A stretch of DNA of 49,996 nucleotides from Paraglomus brasilianum. Lineage: Eukaryota. Made by a program: the position numbers and the translations under genes. Position 1 is the first letter of the stretch. Each line of letters opens with the position of its first letter. The DNA lies in assembly GCA_910592345.1 (NCBI GenBank), contig CAJVPI010000140.1:1-49996 (forward strand), written 5' to 3'. A model generated the notes under the pieces. It had not been told where the DNA came from, searched no databases, and saw only the letters and a program-made list of their open reading frames with translations. Below, one piece after another: positions 36,010 to 48,999 of this stretch.

Positions 36010-36464
36010 TGTTGTACGACCGGTGTTGTTGTTGTTGTTATTAAGTATAATCGTGTTATTGAGAACGTTGCTGGGGTTTCATCGATAATCGTTCGTACAA
36101 CTGATTAAGCTCTCGACGCTGTAAACTTTAATAAGTCCAGTGTATGCCGGAAGCTAGAGATTACCAGACTGAATTTCTACCATTAGAGACGACATTAGAG
36201 ATCATAGTGAACGCCAGTTGAATATTTCCAATCCGTAAGTTTATTAGTTGTTTTCCATCGTATTTATTATTCGATCCTATAAGTATTATTCCACCGTAAG
36301 AGTTATTCCATTATTCCGTTGGAGTCTTCGACCAAATCCTAAGTGGAAAAGGTGCAAAAACTATTCGACCTTTGATTGTTTACATTTAAGTGATCATCTG
36401 ACGTACTAATAATATTAATCGTAAATCGCTATTTAAATGTTATTATTAAATTTGTCGTATAACA
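36010..36464. mobile_element. Solo LTR (455 bp) with 4-bp TSD GTAT
   Basis: Ends TGTTGTACGAC...GTCGTATAACA (10/11 inverted match), GTAT on both sides. Excision restores the host reading frame FEVIY-GEVAG. Confidence 0.88.
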
Positions 36465-37609
36465 GTATATAACTTCGAATTTATTAGGCGTCTTAACTAG
36501 TGTACTTTTCATGTCGACTTGTCTGCCTATTCGCGCTTTTTTAAAAGGATTTCCTTCTTCGTTGCGTGCATCATTAGTAGCTAAAGCTTGGATTTCTCCC
36601 CTTATATATAGAGAATAGTTAATATTAATTCTAAATATCAATCAAACAAATGTAGAAAGATGACTTACCAAACATTTTTAATGTGATCAGTAGTAAACAC
36701 TCCGCGAAATAATGGAAACATCGAGCACATTTTTAACTCTTCTTCTGTCATCATGCTTTGAAAGATATGCATACCGCTTTTCCTATATGGCAATCGAGAG
36801 TTAATACTGTAACCGAAGACAAATATAACCAAAGAAAGCAAAGAAAGCTTATACATACATAAACTGGATGTTTAAGTCCAATTTTTCAATACCATGTACC
36901 TTTTTCGTACACCCACTATCAAAATAATCTATGATATTTTGTTCTGCAGGCATCGTGATCTTGTCAGCAAAATCCTGTGACAATTGCAATATGTTCTCTT
37001 TAGTGAACTGTTTACAATCGTGCAAGCTTTCTCTGGTCAAATCTAACACTCCCCAGTAAGCAGGGCTATTGGGTATCAATAGTCAGGCCATTATTGAAAC
37101 AATGATAAAGTAATTCCAAACTTACGTGATGACCCTACGGGTTTTGGGAATACAATCCTGATATTCGCCGAAAGATTTGATTGCATTTGCACGTATATAT
37201 GGTGGATCCTGTTAAGATATAATTAGCTTGCTGAATATATGTTTACACTAGGATTTACCTGTGAAGATCTATCATTACTTGTGAGCGGTAGTTTCCTTTC
37301 TTTTTCTAGTGTTCTTTCATCAATGTTTTCCAAAAGGACGTCTTCATTAGATTCATCAAATAATGATGCGTTGTTCCCTCTCTTCCTTTTCAAATCGTTG
37401 CTCCTGTTAGCAGAAGTGAAGGCTTCGGTTTCATCCTCCATTTGTATTTCAATTTATTGTAGCATATTGCTTTTGAATATAAACATTAATCACTAACAAA
37501 AATAATACAAACCTTTGAAACAACAATGGGATTTTGAAAGCTACCGCTGCCATCAGGCTGAAATGATCTGATCGGGTTACACCAATAAAACGTGATAAAA
37601 AATGCCGAT

Positions 37610-39510
37610 TGTTACGGTCGGGAATTAAAAGGAGGTTTGGGAGAGCGAATTTATCTTTTGCGTAGGGGGTGTTACCAGGCTTAGCGCCCTTACTACGATA
37701 GTTGTGCAATTAAGACTGAATTAAGCCTCAAATGACCTATTTTAATTATGCGCGCTTCTCACTCCCTATCCGAGTTTCAAACACTTGTGAATACAAATAA
37801 GGGTACCTCTAATAAAATAATAACAATTATTCTACTAAAGAATCGAAGGGGAATAATACTATTTTTAAATTTAAACAGGGCTATCTTCGATTTGTGTTTC
37901 GACTAGTCGGTATCCGTCACTTGTCTTTACTAAACTAATTAAACAATATTCGTCTCGATAATTAGTTATGAACTCTCGTTCCGTTATTCACGTAATTGAT
38001 CCGCGGACAGCTTATTAGCTTGATCAAATCAATGCTATTCCGTTACAGCTTAAGTGAGCCGTTTATTGGGAGTGTCCGGTCTAATAATCAATTATTTCGA
38101 CGATAGAATATTAAATTATGTATGTTTATAATAAAGGATTCCGGGAGAATACTACTAAGATCAGTAATATATTATTTTATTTCACAACATAGACAACATT
38201 ACAACATGAAGATTTATATATCTTTTCTGTCACAAGAAAGACGACACGCCTCTATATAAATTATTAACAATTAATTTTAGCGTTTGTGCTGTCACAAAAT
38301 TAGCGACACGCTGCTGCGTCTGTCACAGAATTTCTAATTGTTATTCCATCGTCAAAATTTTTGTTGTCTTTATACATTAAGTAAGTTCTTATTGCTGTTC
38401 TAGAGCGATGTACTGAGACTTCTTTTCTCCCCCTTTTAAACTTTACTAATATTTCTCCCATTCTATAATATATCTCTTTACTTAATATCATATCCCCTCT
38501 CAACTCTAATTCCATCTCTTCCTTCAATTCATTCCATTTCTCCCTCCATTTTTTTTCTCCCCCCTTTTTTCTTTCTCTCCTTCCTTTTTCTATAGTTTAC
38601 ACACTGCTCTCGATCACTGAACTTTTTTCCGAGCTTTTTTTTTAAGTTCTATGGACTTAATTTTTGTGGACGTTTCTGTGGTTGATTCCGTGGAAGACTC
38701 TACGGGAGTTTTTCTTCTAGCCCCAGATATCCTCATCGTATGGGACTTCAGTTGGTCCTTGGAGGATATATTGTCTCTCCAATTTCTTCTTCCTCCGACT
38801 GTTGGGTCATCTGGTCCCCAAGTTGGTTCTTCGATTTCGTCTTCTTCAAAGGCTGGCCTTCCGTGAATTGTAGGGTATGTTCTGGAAATCCGTAGTTATC
38901 ATTGGTTGGGAATTGTCCTGGATAATAGACTGCCCAATTATTGTTGTTGGTTGCAACGCTACCAACTGCGCCTCGTTGTTATAACTATTATATCTGCCGG
39001 ATTGATTATGATAGTCTGGGGTATCAGAGGCATTGCTTCTAGCATCTTTGTTATCTCCTCGTCGATCATCATTTTTGCAGCCTCTCGAGGAATGGATCCA
39101 TATACGAATTGTAAGGCCATTCTGCGGATTTCGTCGCCCATTCTCTGTTGGTTTTCAGTGGACCATTGTTCAGACTGCATGTATGCCCATACATCCAGGA
39201 CGTCGTCAATGGAATATTCGAAAACGATGGTTGTACTCTCATCTGTTCTGGTGGTTTTGATATAATCGGTTATTAGATCTTTTAATGTCAGAATATTTGA
39301 TGTCCGTGGATTTTTATATTTATAGAATGGTCGTAGAGAATGGTTGTGGTCGTAGAAAATTGCTGTGCTTAATAAAAAGGTTACTGTGGGTAAGTTTATA
39401 TGCCGTTTTCCGTTTTGTACTGATGTATTTTATGAGTTGCTCGTATTTTGCAGGGTGAGTGGCTTATTTTAGTCTTTCTTTTGATAGATTGGGTTTCGAG
39501 AGAGAGCATC
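37610..39510 (-). mobile_element. Ty3/gypsy LTR retrotransposon remnant (3' LTR plus deleted pol)
   Basis: LTR homologous to 7063-7822. Polypurine tracts on the minus strand at 38420-38585. Minus-strand fragments DALSRNP (RNase H end, about 39490-39510), then IFYDHNHSL and LITDYIKT (integrase Zn-finger region), giving the RH-then-IN order of gypsy. Inner LTR boundary uncertain (38296-38490). Confidence 0.7.
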
Positions 39511-40426
39511 ATCGGTTACCAACTACTATCGCGAGGGACTTTTATTCACAATTGTGGCACAACTATATTCTGACCAACGAAAAACTTTTGCAATAATTGT
39601 GTTCACATGCAAATTTTGCTGTTACAGCACAAGTCAATTATACAAGTCGATATCGATTTATAGTAATAAATAACTCTTATTATCATCGAAAATTCGGGAT
39701 TGTACTTGTATAACTGACTTTAAATGCACAGTTAAATACCACATCTATATCCAGAGTAGCTAATGCACATATTACAAGTCTTTGGACAATCAGCAATAAA
39801 ATTAAGTCATACAGCCTAGCAAATTAAATTAAAGCATCGTACTACTATTATAACCATTGTAAGTTAAGGTTATTCACAGTTAGGCGTGTTACTGTAATAG
39901 CAGCAAATAAGGTTTTGTACTGTCTCCGATGTTTCTTCTATCCGATCATCGATTGATTATTATGTCCATTAGTTAAGGTTCGTGTATTAAAATTGAGACT
40001 TTATTTTATTCCGATTAATCGGAATAACCAATATACTTGAAACATCGGAACAAAACATCGGAACCTTGAAACACGTCGAAAATGTAACGATAATAATGTC
40101 GCTATACCAGAAAGTATGCTTCTATAAATAACGCGTCATTCAAAATTACTATAAATACATTCGGGGGAAGACTCTTTCCCGATGGCAGGACTCTTATTAC
40201 CGCGTCCGACTTGCATCGCGTGTGGATGTTGCGGAGTAATTCTGTGTATCTGAATTACATTAACTTTTGGTGGGGTTTATCAATTGCCAAACTTTATTTA
40301 CTTATAGTATATAACGTTTGAGCTAAAATACACGTATATCTGATCTAGATGGCCGTGATACGTCTTCTGGGTCTTTCAAATACACAATCAACCTCGTTAA
40401 TCCAAAGTTAATGGGACCAAAGCTTA

Positions 40427-40760
40427 CTGTAACACTTCAACGTGTACCCGGGGTATTTCCCTAATTGATTTTAGTATCCTGGGTACTCCTGTAGGGTACA
40501 CCCCGACACGACGCGAAATAATATTGACATGTTAATATTATAACTGACTTAACATATGTATGTATTGATCATAGTGACAAATTGCATCATAACGTTATGC
40601 TAAGCGTGTATCCATGTACTTTCAAATCAATGCTAACAGAAAAATACAGAATGGGCTATAAATCACAAAAATATTGTTATTATATTAGTACCCGGGTGTA
40701 AATCAAAATAAACTGGTGGAGAGTACATCTCATGGGGGTACATATGTTGGAGTTTTACGG
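40427..40760. mobile_element. Degenerate ~334-bp MITE (Tc1/pogo-like ends)
   Basis: Left TA|CTGTAACACTTCAACGTGTACCC versus the reverse complement of the right end, CCGTAAAACTCCAACATATGTACCC. Internal GTACCC/GGGTAC motifs; right flank is CA rather than TA. Confidence 0.55.
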
Positions 40761-41645
40761 CAATTTCGGATTAGCGAGATTTCTTTCATAATCCGAATCT
40801 GCTATCGAACAAAATATTAAGAACTAATTCTTATTTAGAAAAAGAGTACGAAGAATGAATGCCCAATGTTAACAAGACGTTTATTAATTATGACAAATAA
40901 ATCAAATTTCGTACATTCTCACTAGCACTAGCAAATAATACAGTATATCCAATTTGCGCACGTCAATATGTTAATATCGTCTACCAGCTTTTATAAACAT
41001 TTTCTCGCCCTGACAAAACACGTGAGATTATTCGACATACTAATGACGTGTACTTTCTCTACAGTAAAAGAATTATACTGCACTGTTTCGAGGTGTGAAA
41101 ATTTGTTAATATTCAACTACCTTTTGTTCCTCTGTTTCGCACAATATGGGGGGGGTTTCGAATTGCAAACACTGATGAGATTTTTAATCTTCGTATTTAA
41201 TCTCACGAGGAATTTTATTCTTAATGACTTGGACAGATCGTCAGTAGTAAACAAAATAATAGATGAGGCAAATATGTAATAGAAGTGCGGTCCGCATTCA
41301 AACGCACGTTGCCTATGGCGCACAAAAAGTGAAAACAGTTTATCACGGTAATATTTAAGCAGAAATAAACATTAGTTATTATTATTATTATTGATATCGA
41401 AGTCACAAATTAAAGAATTTGATCTCTTGACGTAAAACATTAAACGTTAATTAACAAATCTAATATGAAGTGATCGATATACTATGCACGGAATGCAAAA
41501 CAATGCTCTTTATATAATTGATAAGAACATTTTGATCTGACAACTTTTTTAATTTAGAACCCATTTTGATCTTGTGCATGGTGTAACATTGATCGTGAAC
41601 TATTTATTTTTTCACATTTCACTAGTTTGTTTTATATCAAGTACA

Positions 41646-43678
41646 ATGACTACCTGGAGGCTGTTAACCCGCTCTATAACAAATAATGTTTTTTTGTCGT
41701 CTTCACGACCGAGCGCGAGACTGGTTCCTCGATTATACACACTGCCCCGACGGCATGTCAGTCCGTTTACCAAGTTTTTCGAATCAATAAAAACACAGGT
41801 TGAGGAAAATAAGGAATTTCAGCAGAATGTCAAATTACTGCAAGAGGAGAAGGACAAACTTGCCGAGTTAGAAGCTATGAAGAAAGCGAAGGAGTTGTAT
41901 AATAAAGCAAAGGTGAATGATTGGTTGTGGTTGAGTCAATATCCCCCGCCCCATACTGTAGTTATCGATCAATTTATTGAATCAGGAAGGTGCCGATGCA
42001 ACCACGAGTATCGGGACGGAGAAAATCAAGGCTTCAGTTGATGACATCAAGAAATCTGCTGAAAAAATAGGATCAACGGTATCCGAGGCGATACACGAAG
42101 TTGGCGGAAAGGAATTTGTCAGAGAGAGCCGAGAGAAGGTCATACAGAATTGATTGGTTTTACTACCTTCTACATGCTGCCGTAATCTAACCAACAATCC
42201 CAACAGATATCTTCGTTTACCGAGAAGGTCTCGTCGCAAGTCTCTTCAACCACCGAACCGCTACGACAAACCAAGGTGTATTCGACCGTCCGTGATTCGA
42301 TAAAAGAGACAGTTAAAGATAATTCAGCGCGATACTCTGGGTTTATTGATAAAGAGACGCGACGAAGTCTGCGTGAGGAAGCTGCACGTGAAGAAATTGG
42401 TAAAAGTGGACAGCGAGTTGCGGAAGATCTCAAGTAAGTAGCAGACTTACTGGTGTCAAGTATATTATATATGTTTTATTGACATTCAACATTTTTATTA
42501 AGGTCATCATATACTTATCGTGAATTCATTTTGTCTTTGCAAGTGCCGGGCAGGCTGTTGTGCTTCATAAAGATTCAAAATGGAAAGAGAGCTGGAATCG
42601 ATTTAAGGAAAATAACGCTGTAATACAAGGTTTGACATAGCTATTTCGTTACTTTTCCATGACTTTTAAGAAGAGCAAAGATCACTCATTTTTCTTTCTT
42701 TATTTTATTGAAAAAGTCTTATTCAGACTGAAAAGTGGCTATGAAAATAGTGATAACGTCTTCATATCTTATTCTCGACACGTGACCGATAGTATTGGCG
42801 ATACATTTGGTGATTTTATTTGCCCTTGTTGATCAATCGTTTGCTTATTTAACTTGTTGACTAAACTATAAACTATATCATTAAAAGGATCTTTCTTAGC
42901 CGAGACAGAAACAGCGCAAGCCTTATCACAGCTAAAAGCAATAGATCCTAGCTTCAATTTAGACTATTTTATGAGAGAGGCACGACAGTACATTGTACCG
43001 GAATTAATTGAGGCCTACTTGAAAGGGGATACGGAAACGCTGAAAAAATGGTGTTCAGAGGCGGTGAGTTACAATTGATTTGGGGTGTTTTATTTATTTA
43101 TTTTTTTTGTTTTAATCTAGTTATCTAATGACTCTCAAATATTGGATGTAGGCTTATAACGTTCTCGCGCATGGTTTCGCGGCTCAAGCAAAAGATAACC
43201 TTTTGAGCGATTGCCGAGTACTCGATCTACGAGATGTAGAGGTAATGATAGGGCGCACATACGATTTTCCGCAGCACATATTCTTTCGGAATTAACACAT
43301 TCCCAAAAATATATATATAGCTCAGAGCAGCTAGGATACTAGATAACGATATACCAGTCTTAGTGATAACATTCTCGGCGCAGGAAGTGATAATGTTTCG
43401 TAATAGGTTAACGAACGAAATAGTACAAGGGAGGGAGGACCAGATTGATCAAGTAACGTATGCGTGTGTTCTGACCAAGGAGGAAAGTCGAATTGGAGAT
43501 CCCGTTACGAATGGATGGAAGGTATTGGGTAAGTAGCACGGGGGTGAGTGTACGAGTTGGATAAAAGGTTGAAAGCGGGAACTTTCTGCTGTCTAGAGAA
43601 GTATTCATGCGTACTAATAAGTGTACTTTGCTAAATTTAGATATGGCCAAGAGTGGTTCGCAAAAGTTAATATGGTGA
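41646..43678 (+). CDS. TIM44: Mitochondrial import inner membrane translocase subunit Tim44, multi-exon
   Basis: Arg/Ser-rich presequence, then FTKFFESIKTQVEENKEFQQNVKLLQEE, VVLHKDSKWKESWNRFKENN, ETETAQALSQLKAIDPSFNLDYFMREARQYIVPELIEAYLKGDTETLKKWCSEA and DNDIPVLVITFSAQEV. Confidence 0.95.
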
Positions 43679-44677
43679 AAATATGAGATGAGAGAATGAG
43701 CACTGAAAAAAGACGAAAGACATTAATGATAGTTATATAATTTTGATCGAGTATTGAGTTGCGTATTCAAAAGTCAAATGCGTGATCTTAATGTATAATA
43801 GGTGTTTCTATCCACATAGCCATTACTAACACTGCAGGTTTTGCAACAAGCGAATATTAGAGCAACAAGCTGCTGTTTAAACGTGTTCTTATGAATTGCT
43901 TTATATAACGGCGATGGACAGACTGTTTGTTTGGAATATGCTACAACTCGTCGCGTATCTAACTTAATAATACATGAATTTGTCAGCTATTATCAGATTC
44001 GGTAGGTTGGCTCGCTCTCTGGTTTGGGTTATTTCATCAAACTCTTCTATTATTCACGTCAATGATCTGCCGGTCTAATAAAGATACTGTTCTATAAAGC
44101 TTTTATGCCGATGCGTTTTGCAGTTGTCCAATATACATTTAAAATTATAACTGAGGTCTCTGCAGATGAGCAGAAGATATTAAATTTCTCAATAAAAGAA
44201 ACTATCGCTAGTCAACATGACAAGGCTAAACTAACGTGCTAAATCAAAACAGCTATTCGCAAAGGGGAAAGTTCTGTTCGAGATAGAATAACAAGATCCT
44301 GACTATTATTGCATTCTGGTATTATCGTAATTGAGATTAACGATTGTATATGACCCGATATTGCATTACTGACACAATTAGTTGATTCAATTCTAACAGA
44401 AAGTAAATCTATAGACCAAAGAATAAAGAGTTCCTTTTTTCGATTCGTTTTCATTTTTTTGATGAATTTTTTTACAATGTAGGCCTAGCAAAAAGATACC
44501 AATAATGAGTCCTTTAGCTATTAAGAAATTATAGATTTCACTTACTTCATTATCAAACGCATCTTTTCGATATCTAGTGATAAATATATTCCCTATTAAA
44601 GGAACATCAAAGAACTACCCCATGCTTGTTCTGCTAACATAAAGTGTTCGATTAAATCGAGTTCACCTTACCTAACC

Positions 44678-45785
44678 CTATTCATGTTTCTTTCTCGGAA
44701 CAGAGTATGGCCGATATCTCTGTCCGCCATCTTTTACCTCCGCGTCAGAACGGCTCCTCGACGCCCGGGTTGACGACTGCGAAGCATGGTCATCTACCGC
44801 TGACGTTTTCGTCGAAGCTGGCCGATTATTGGAAGAGTGATGAAATTTTTCTTGTCGTTCTGAAAGTTTTGACAAATCCTTGGATTCGCTCGGTTCTTTC
44901 GGTTTTTGTTGTTGCATTTGAGCAAGCTTACGTTCAAGTGCTTGGATCTTTGCGTTAGTGCTGTCGAGCGACAAGGATTAAATTTATGAGTACCATTGAC
45001 GAAATTCAAAGCAATAAAAACGTAATTGTTGTAGAATCGAGTACCTAGCATGAAGCATCTTGTTTGCTTTCAGTAATGATATGGTAGTTGGACGGTTGTT
45101 GGCGATTGTTGTTCGTTTGTTTGAGGATCCAAGTTGACCATCTTCATTATTATGAGATGTCTAAGAGCAGAGCATGGCATTTTTTCCATTAGTAGAGCAC
45201 ATCTTTTCGTAAACAGATTACAAGAACAAGAGATATTAATACAAACCGCATATGCAAATGTTACAATCAAGGGGCGACCTTTGATAACCTTTGAATGCAT
45301 AGCTGTCATGGCTTTCAAAGCTTCCTGGTGCCAAATCAGAACCAAGAATATATAATAAACAAAAAGGAAGCGTATTAGAATGACAGAGATTATGAAATGG
45401 AAGACAACGTTTCCTGTATAGAAACAAACACCAACCTCTTTACGACTGTACTCTAAAAAACAGTACCCTCGAGGTTGGCCCCGACGAGGCCCACTTTTGT
45501 GAAATAAGTAGTCAAGATGTGTGATCTTTCCATATGGCTCAAACAATTTTACTATTGTATATCTAGCGGGGATCAAGAATGTCTACCAGGTTTAAATAAC
45601 GCCCAATAAATAAACCGCGAAAGTATATACAATGTTATATTTACTCGTCAACTGCAGCATCCAGATTTCCAATATATAAGCGCTTGTCGTCGAGCTGTGT
45701 TATTGAGTATAGGATAAATGCCAGCACCAAGAACGTATTCAAGACGCAACAAGCATTAGCTCACCTTGGTTGAATCTTGTGTCAT
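44678..45785 (-). CDS. RBM18: RRM protein, RBM18-like, multi-exon
   Basis: DKRLYIGNLDAAVDE|YTIVKLFEPYGKITHLDYLFHKSGPRRGQPRGYCFLEY...GRPLIVTFA, C-terminal AKIQALERKLAQM and RYRPY. Confidence 0.88.
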
Positions 45786-45919
45786 ATTTTAAAGGAATTG
45801 AGTGTGCTTGACTAAATAAATTTTTCAGGGTTCAAATGACGACTCAAATATGTAATAATAGTGGGGGGTTTTAATCAGTATTGTATTCTTAACAAGCCAT
45901 TGTCACAGTATATTTGAGT

Positions 45920-46340
45920 TTCAGAATTCCAGACAACTTTGGTTTTGAACAAAGAGCAAAGCTCTTTACATTTTATTAACAAACAAACAATATAATATAA
46001 TAACAGCAACAAGAACATCATCACTCCTCCAACGTCTCTTTCTCCTTGGCTTTCAAACATTTCCAAAATTTCAGACAACTTTTGAACAAAGAGCAAAGCT
46101 TTTACATTTTTTTTATTAATAAATAAATAATATAGTAAAATAAATAATGGCAACCAGAACATCATCACTCCTCCAAAATTTCAGACAACTTTTGAACAAA
46201 GAGCAAAGCTCTTTACATTTTATTAATAAACAAATATATAATATAATATAATATAATATAATATTGAATATAATAAATAATGGAACCAGAACATCATCAC
46301 TCCTCCAACGTCTCTTCTCCTTGGCTTTCAAATATTTCCA
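45920..46340. repeat. Complex local tandem duplication (three partial copies of a CAGACAACTTT...GAACAAAGAGCAAAGCT...AGAACATCATCACTCCTCCAA unit)
   Basis: Directly visible repeated blocks starting near 45930, 46070 and 46180. Confidence 0.85.
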
Positions 46341-46674
46341 AGAGGTATTCTACCTCCTCTTGGTAGACGTTGGTTTCGGAGTTCTCCAGGATCTCCAGGG
46401 TGGCAGTGGTGGTGGTAGTAGTGGTAGTAGTGGTCGGGGTAGTGGTCTGGTCGGGGAGGTAGTGGGGGAGGTAGTGGGGGTGGTGGGGGTGGCAGTGGTG
46501 GTGTGGCTACTGCTTTCTGAAAACTTTTTGCGGCGGCCACTTGTCCAGGAAGTCTTTCTTAACGATTGCCATTTCGAGTCACTAAGTGACTTCCACGCGT
46601 CCATCGCAAGCTTCATGCCACTACCGTTTGAAAAAATCCACCGCGAATATTTGTGCCGCCCCACACGGTCTCTT

Positions 46675-46972
46675 CGGACGCCCATCCACTCTTAGAGTAT
46701 TGTTGTACTCGAAGAGTTCCTCCTTGCTGGAAACAAGACGTGCCAACTCTTGGTTAAACTGTTGTTCGACGTCGGGAGGAAGAAGGTGATAAAAGACATT
46801 TTTTTTGTAGTAGTAGTAATAGTAGTGGTGGTGGTAGTAGTAGACGGACGCCCATCCACTCTTAGAGTATTGTTGTACTTTAAGAGTTCCTCTTTGCTGG
46901 AAACAAGGCGTGCCAACTCTTGGTCGAACTGTTGTTCGACGTCGGGGAGGAGGAAGGTGATAAAAGACATTT
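46675..46972. repeat. 128-bp direct duplication (46675-46802, 46845-46972) of a minus-strand ORF start, separated by (GTA/GTG)n
   Basis: Both copies begin MSFITF on the minus strand. The upstream copy reads MSFITFLLPDVEQQFDQELARLVSSKEELLKYNNTLRVDGRP; the other is frameshifted. Confidence 0.9.
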
Positions 46973-48999
46973 GGTAGTAATGGTGGTTGGTGGTAAGAGT
47001 AGTAGTATAGTAGTAGTAATGGTGGTAGGTGGTAGGTGGTAGAGTAGGAGTAGTAGTAGTAATAATCACTTTGTTGGTGATGTTCTTTGCAAAAAGTAAG
47101 AGATGTCAGCTTTATAGGAAGTATTACCCGTAGATATCCAGGGTTGTCACACCATCAATTGGTTACTCGCGTTCCTATTTTTGTATCGATTACTACAGCA
47201 CAAGAATGACAAATTGGTTAAGCACAGTTGTTTTAGGACTAGTCTTGTAACAACAAATGCAGTCGATTACATCACACGCTCATGTCATCAAAAAGCATAA
47301 GCTCTATATTTCCTAGTCAATGAATGTCATTTGTACAGTGTTATAAATACTGTGTTCATTAGTGTACAGAGAATCTTGAATGTTTTCGTAGAAAATCAAA
47401 GCAAACATCCTTCTTCTCTATTCGAGTGATAGTGACATTCATACGTTTTATTGCTGTGTTCCATCGACGTTCCATATTGTGTTTCTATTGTCATGCAGCT
47501 TATACATGCAGCAGCATACCTTTTAAGCTCCTGTTGCTCAGGGTAACTGATGGCCATGGACTGATGAGCTGATAAACCTTGTTGGCATACAGCATCAGAC
47601 TCACTGTATATTACAGTAGTCGATAAATAATGATTTAACCAACGAATATTACTCATACCAACGTTTGTTATTATATACATTACGCAGTATAGGTTTAATA
47701 TTAATTAAGTTTTATTAGATTATCTTGAATATGGCGGTGTTACTATATTTGCATTTTCTTATTTCCATTATCGGATATTCACTACTACTTACATTACGAT
47801 TAACATATTTCACAATTCACTTCTTGTTGTGTGCTAGCAGGTTGGGAGGTGTCGTGTGTGCAGAAAATGCTGCATTCGTTAAAGGGGTTGTGGTTGTGTT
47901 TCAACGGTACTGGCGGCGAGGCTGGACGATTTGTTGGTTAAGTGGTCGTGATTATTATTTTGAGTCTGTATATGATATTTGTGAGTTTGTTGGTTTTTTA
48001 TATTTACAGTAATAAAGATACCAAATTTTTTACCTAATGAATTTGTGATTGTATGATTCTACTTGTTGACAACGTTGTGTTTTTGTATAGTACTATTTCG
48101 GTTGGGGGATCATGTGAAAAATAAACAACTCCTTTCAAATAATGAAGGTGGATATCGTCTATGATAGCGAAACTACTTTGGTTGCTTTAAATTTAGAAAG
48201 TAAATTGTATAAAAAATGGTACTAAGTCCAGCCTTAATTCACTGACAAATATAATCGTCATTACGTTTTACATATTCTGGTATTTTTCTCGACGGCGGAG
48301 TCATGAGGCACGGCAAATCTGAAATAAAGTGTTTATTTATTTCTTCTTCAGACTAACCAAGAACATGCGGTTTTTTGTATAGTCACATTACGCGCGGCTT
48401 TGGCATATGGAATGATACAAAAAGCTTTTAACGCTCTGGAATCGAAGCGTAACAAAGACCTCGATGACCTCTGTGCTCGACAGCCATATTTCTGCATCAG
48501 GTCAAACTCAACTGTAAATAATGTGATCATTAAAGGAAAATAATTCTTACTTTACATGAAATTTTATGCGCTGTATCCATTACTAGCTTATTATTATGGC
48601 TAATTACCCCTCACGAACTGGGGAGCTTTGTCGGCCTTTGCAACCCTATACCCTTTTTATGTTTGGTGTGAAAGACCTGAAACGTAATCGTTATCTTCAC
48701 CTTGCAATTGGTTAATCATCCAATAGACTGCCCTGCCCAGGAATGAAGTCAGTAGATAATAATAAAGAACAAAGAGACGGAATGTTGATTCACATTTACC
48801 ATTAGATCCCAAATGGCCTTAAAAGAATTGTAAGATCATCGATAATAACAGTTATCAGTCACTGGACATGTCCAAACAGGTGCATTATTACACAAAATCT
48901 GATTGCAAATAAAGCCACAAAATACAACCACAAATTAGCAAATAGTTATTTGAAATCGTCCAACATAAATACTCGATTATTATATTGTTATGACCAACA

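Larger units (their letters stand above)
35300..37609 (-). pseudogene. Multi-exon hypothetical gene with PD-(D/E)XK/REase-like motif, disrupted by insertions
   Basis: Removing the inserts gives RGEIQALATNDARNEEGNPFKKARIGRQVDMKSTLVKTPNKFEVIY|GEVAGRLGPLG...YLDKLKLMIVMRDGIN...IYGWLQVG|LELNFYAMDWCGAGI...DRCRLP. GT-AG introns are present. Confidence 0.7.

Noticed and set aside
7063..38300. Single 31-kb LTR element capturing host genes
   Set aside because: The LTR copies are diverged, the outer flanks show no shared TSD, and the pol remnant lies outside the pair (right of the second LTR).
45920..46340. CRISPR-like repeat array
   Set aside because: Irregular partial duplications without unique equal-length spacers, in a eukaryotic context with no cas genes.
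47396..48900. Scattered short ORFs
   Set aside because: No family motifs or coherent splice structure could be supported.
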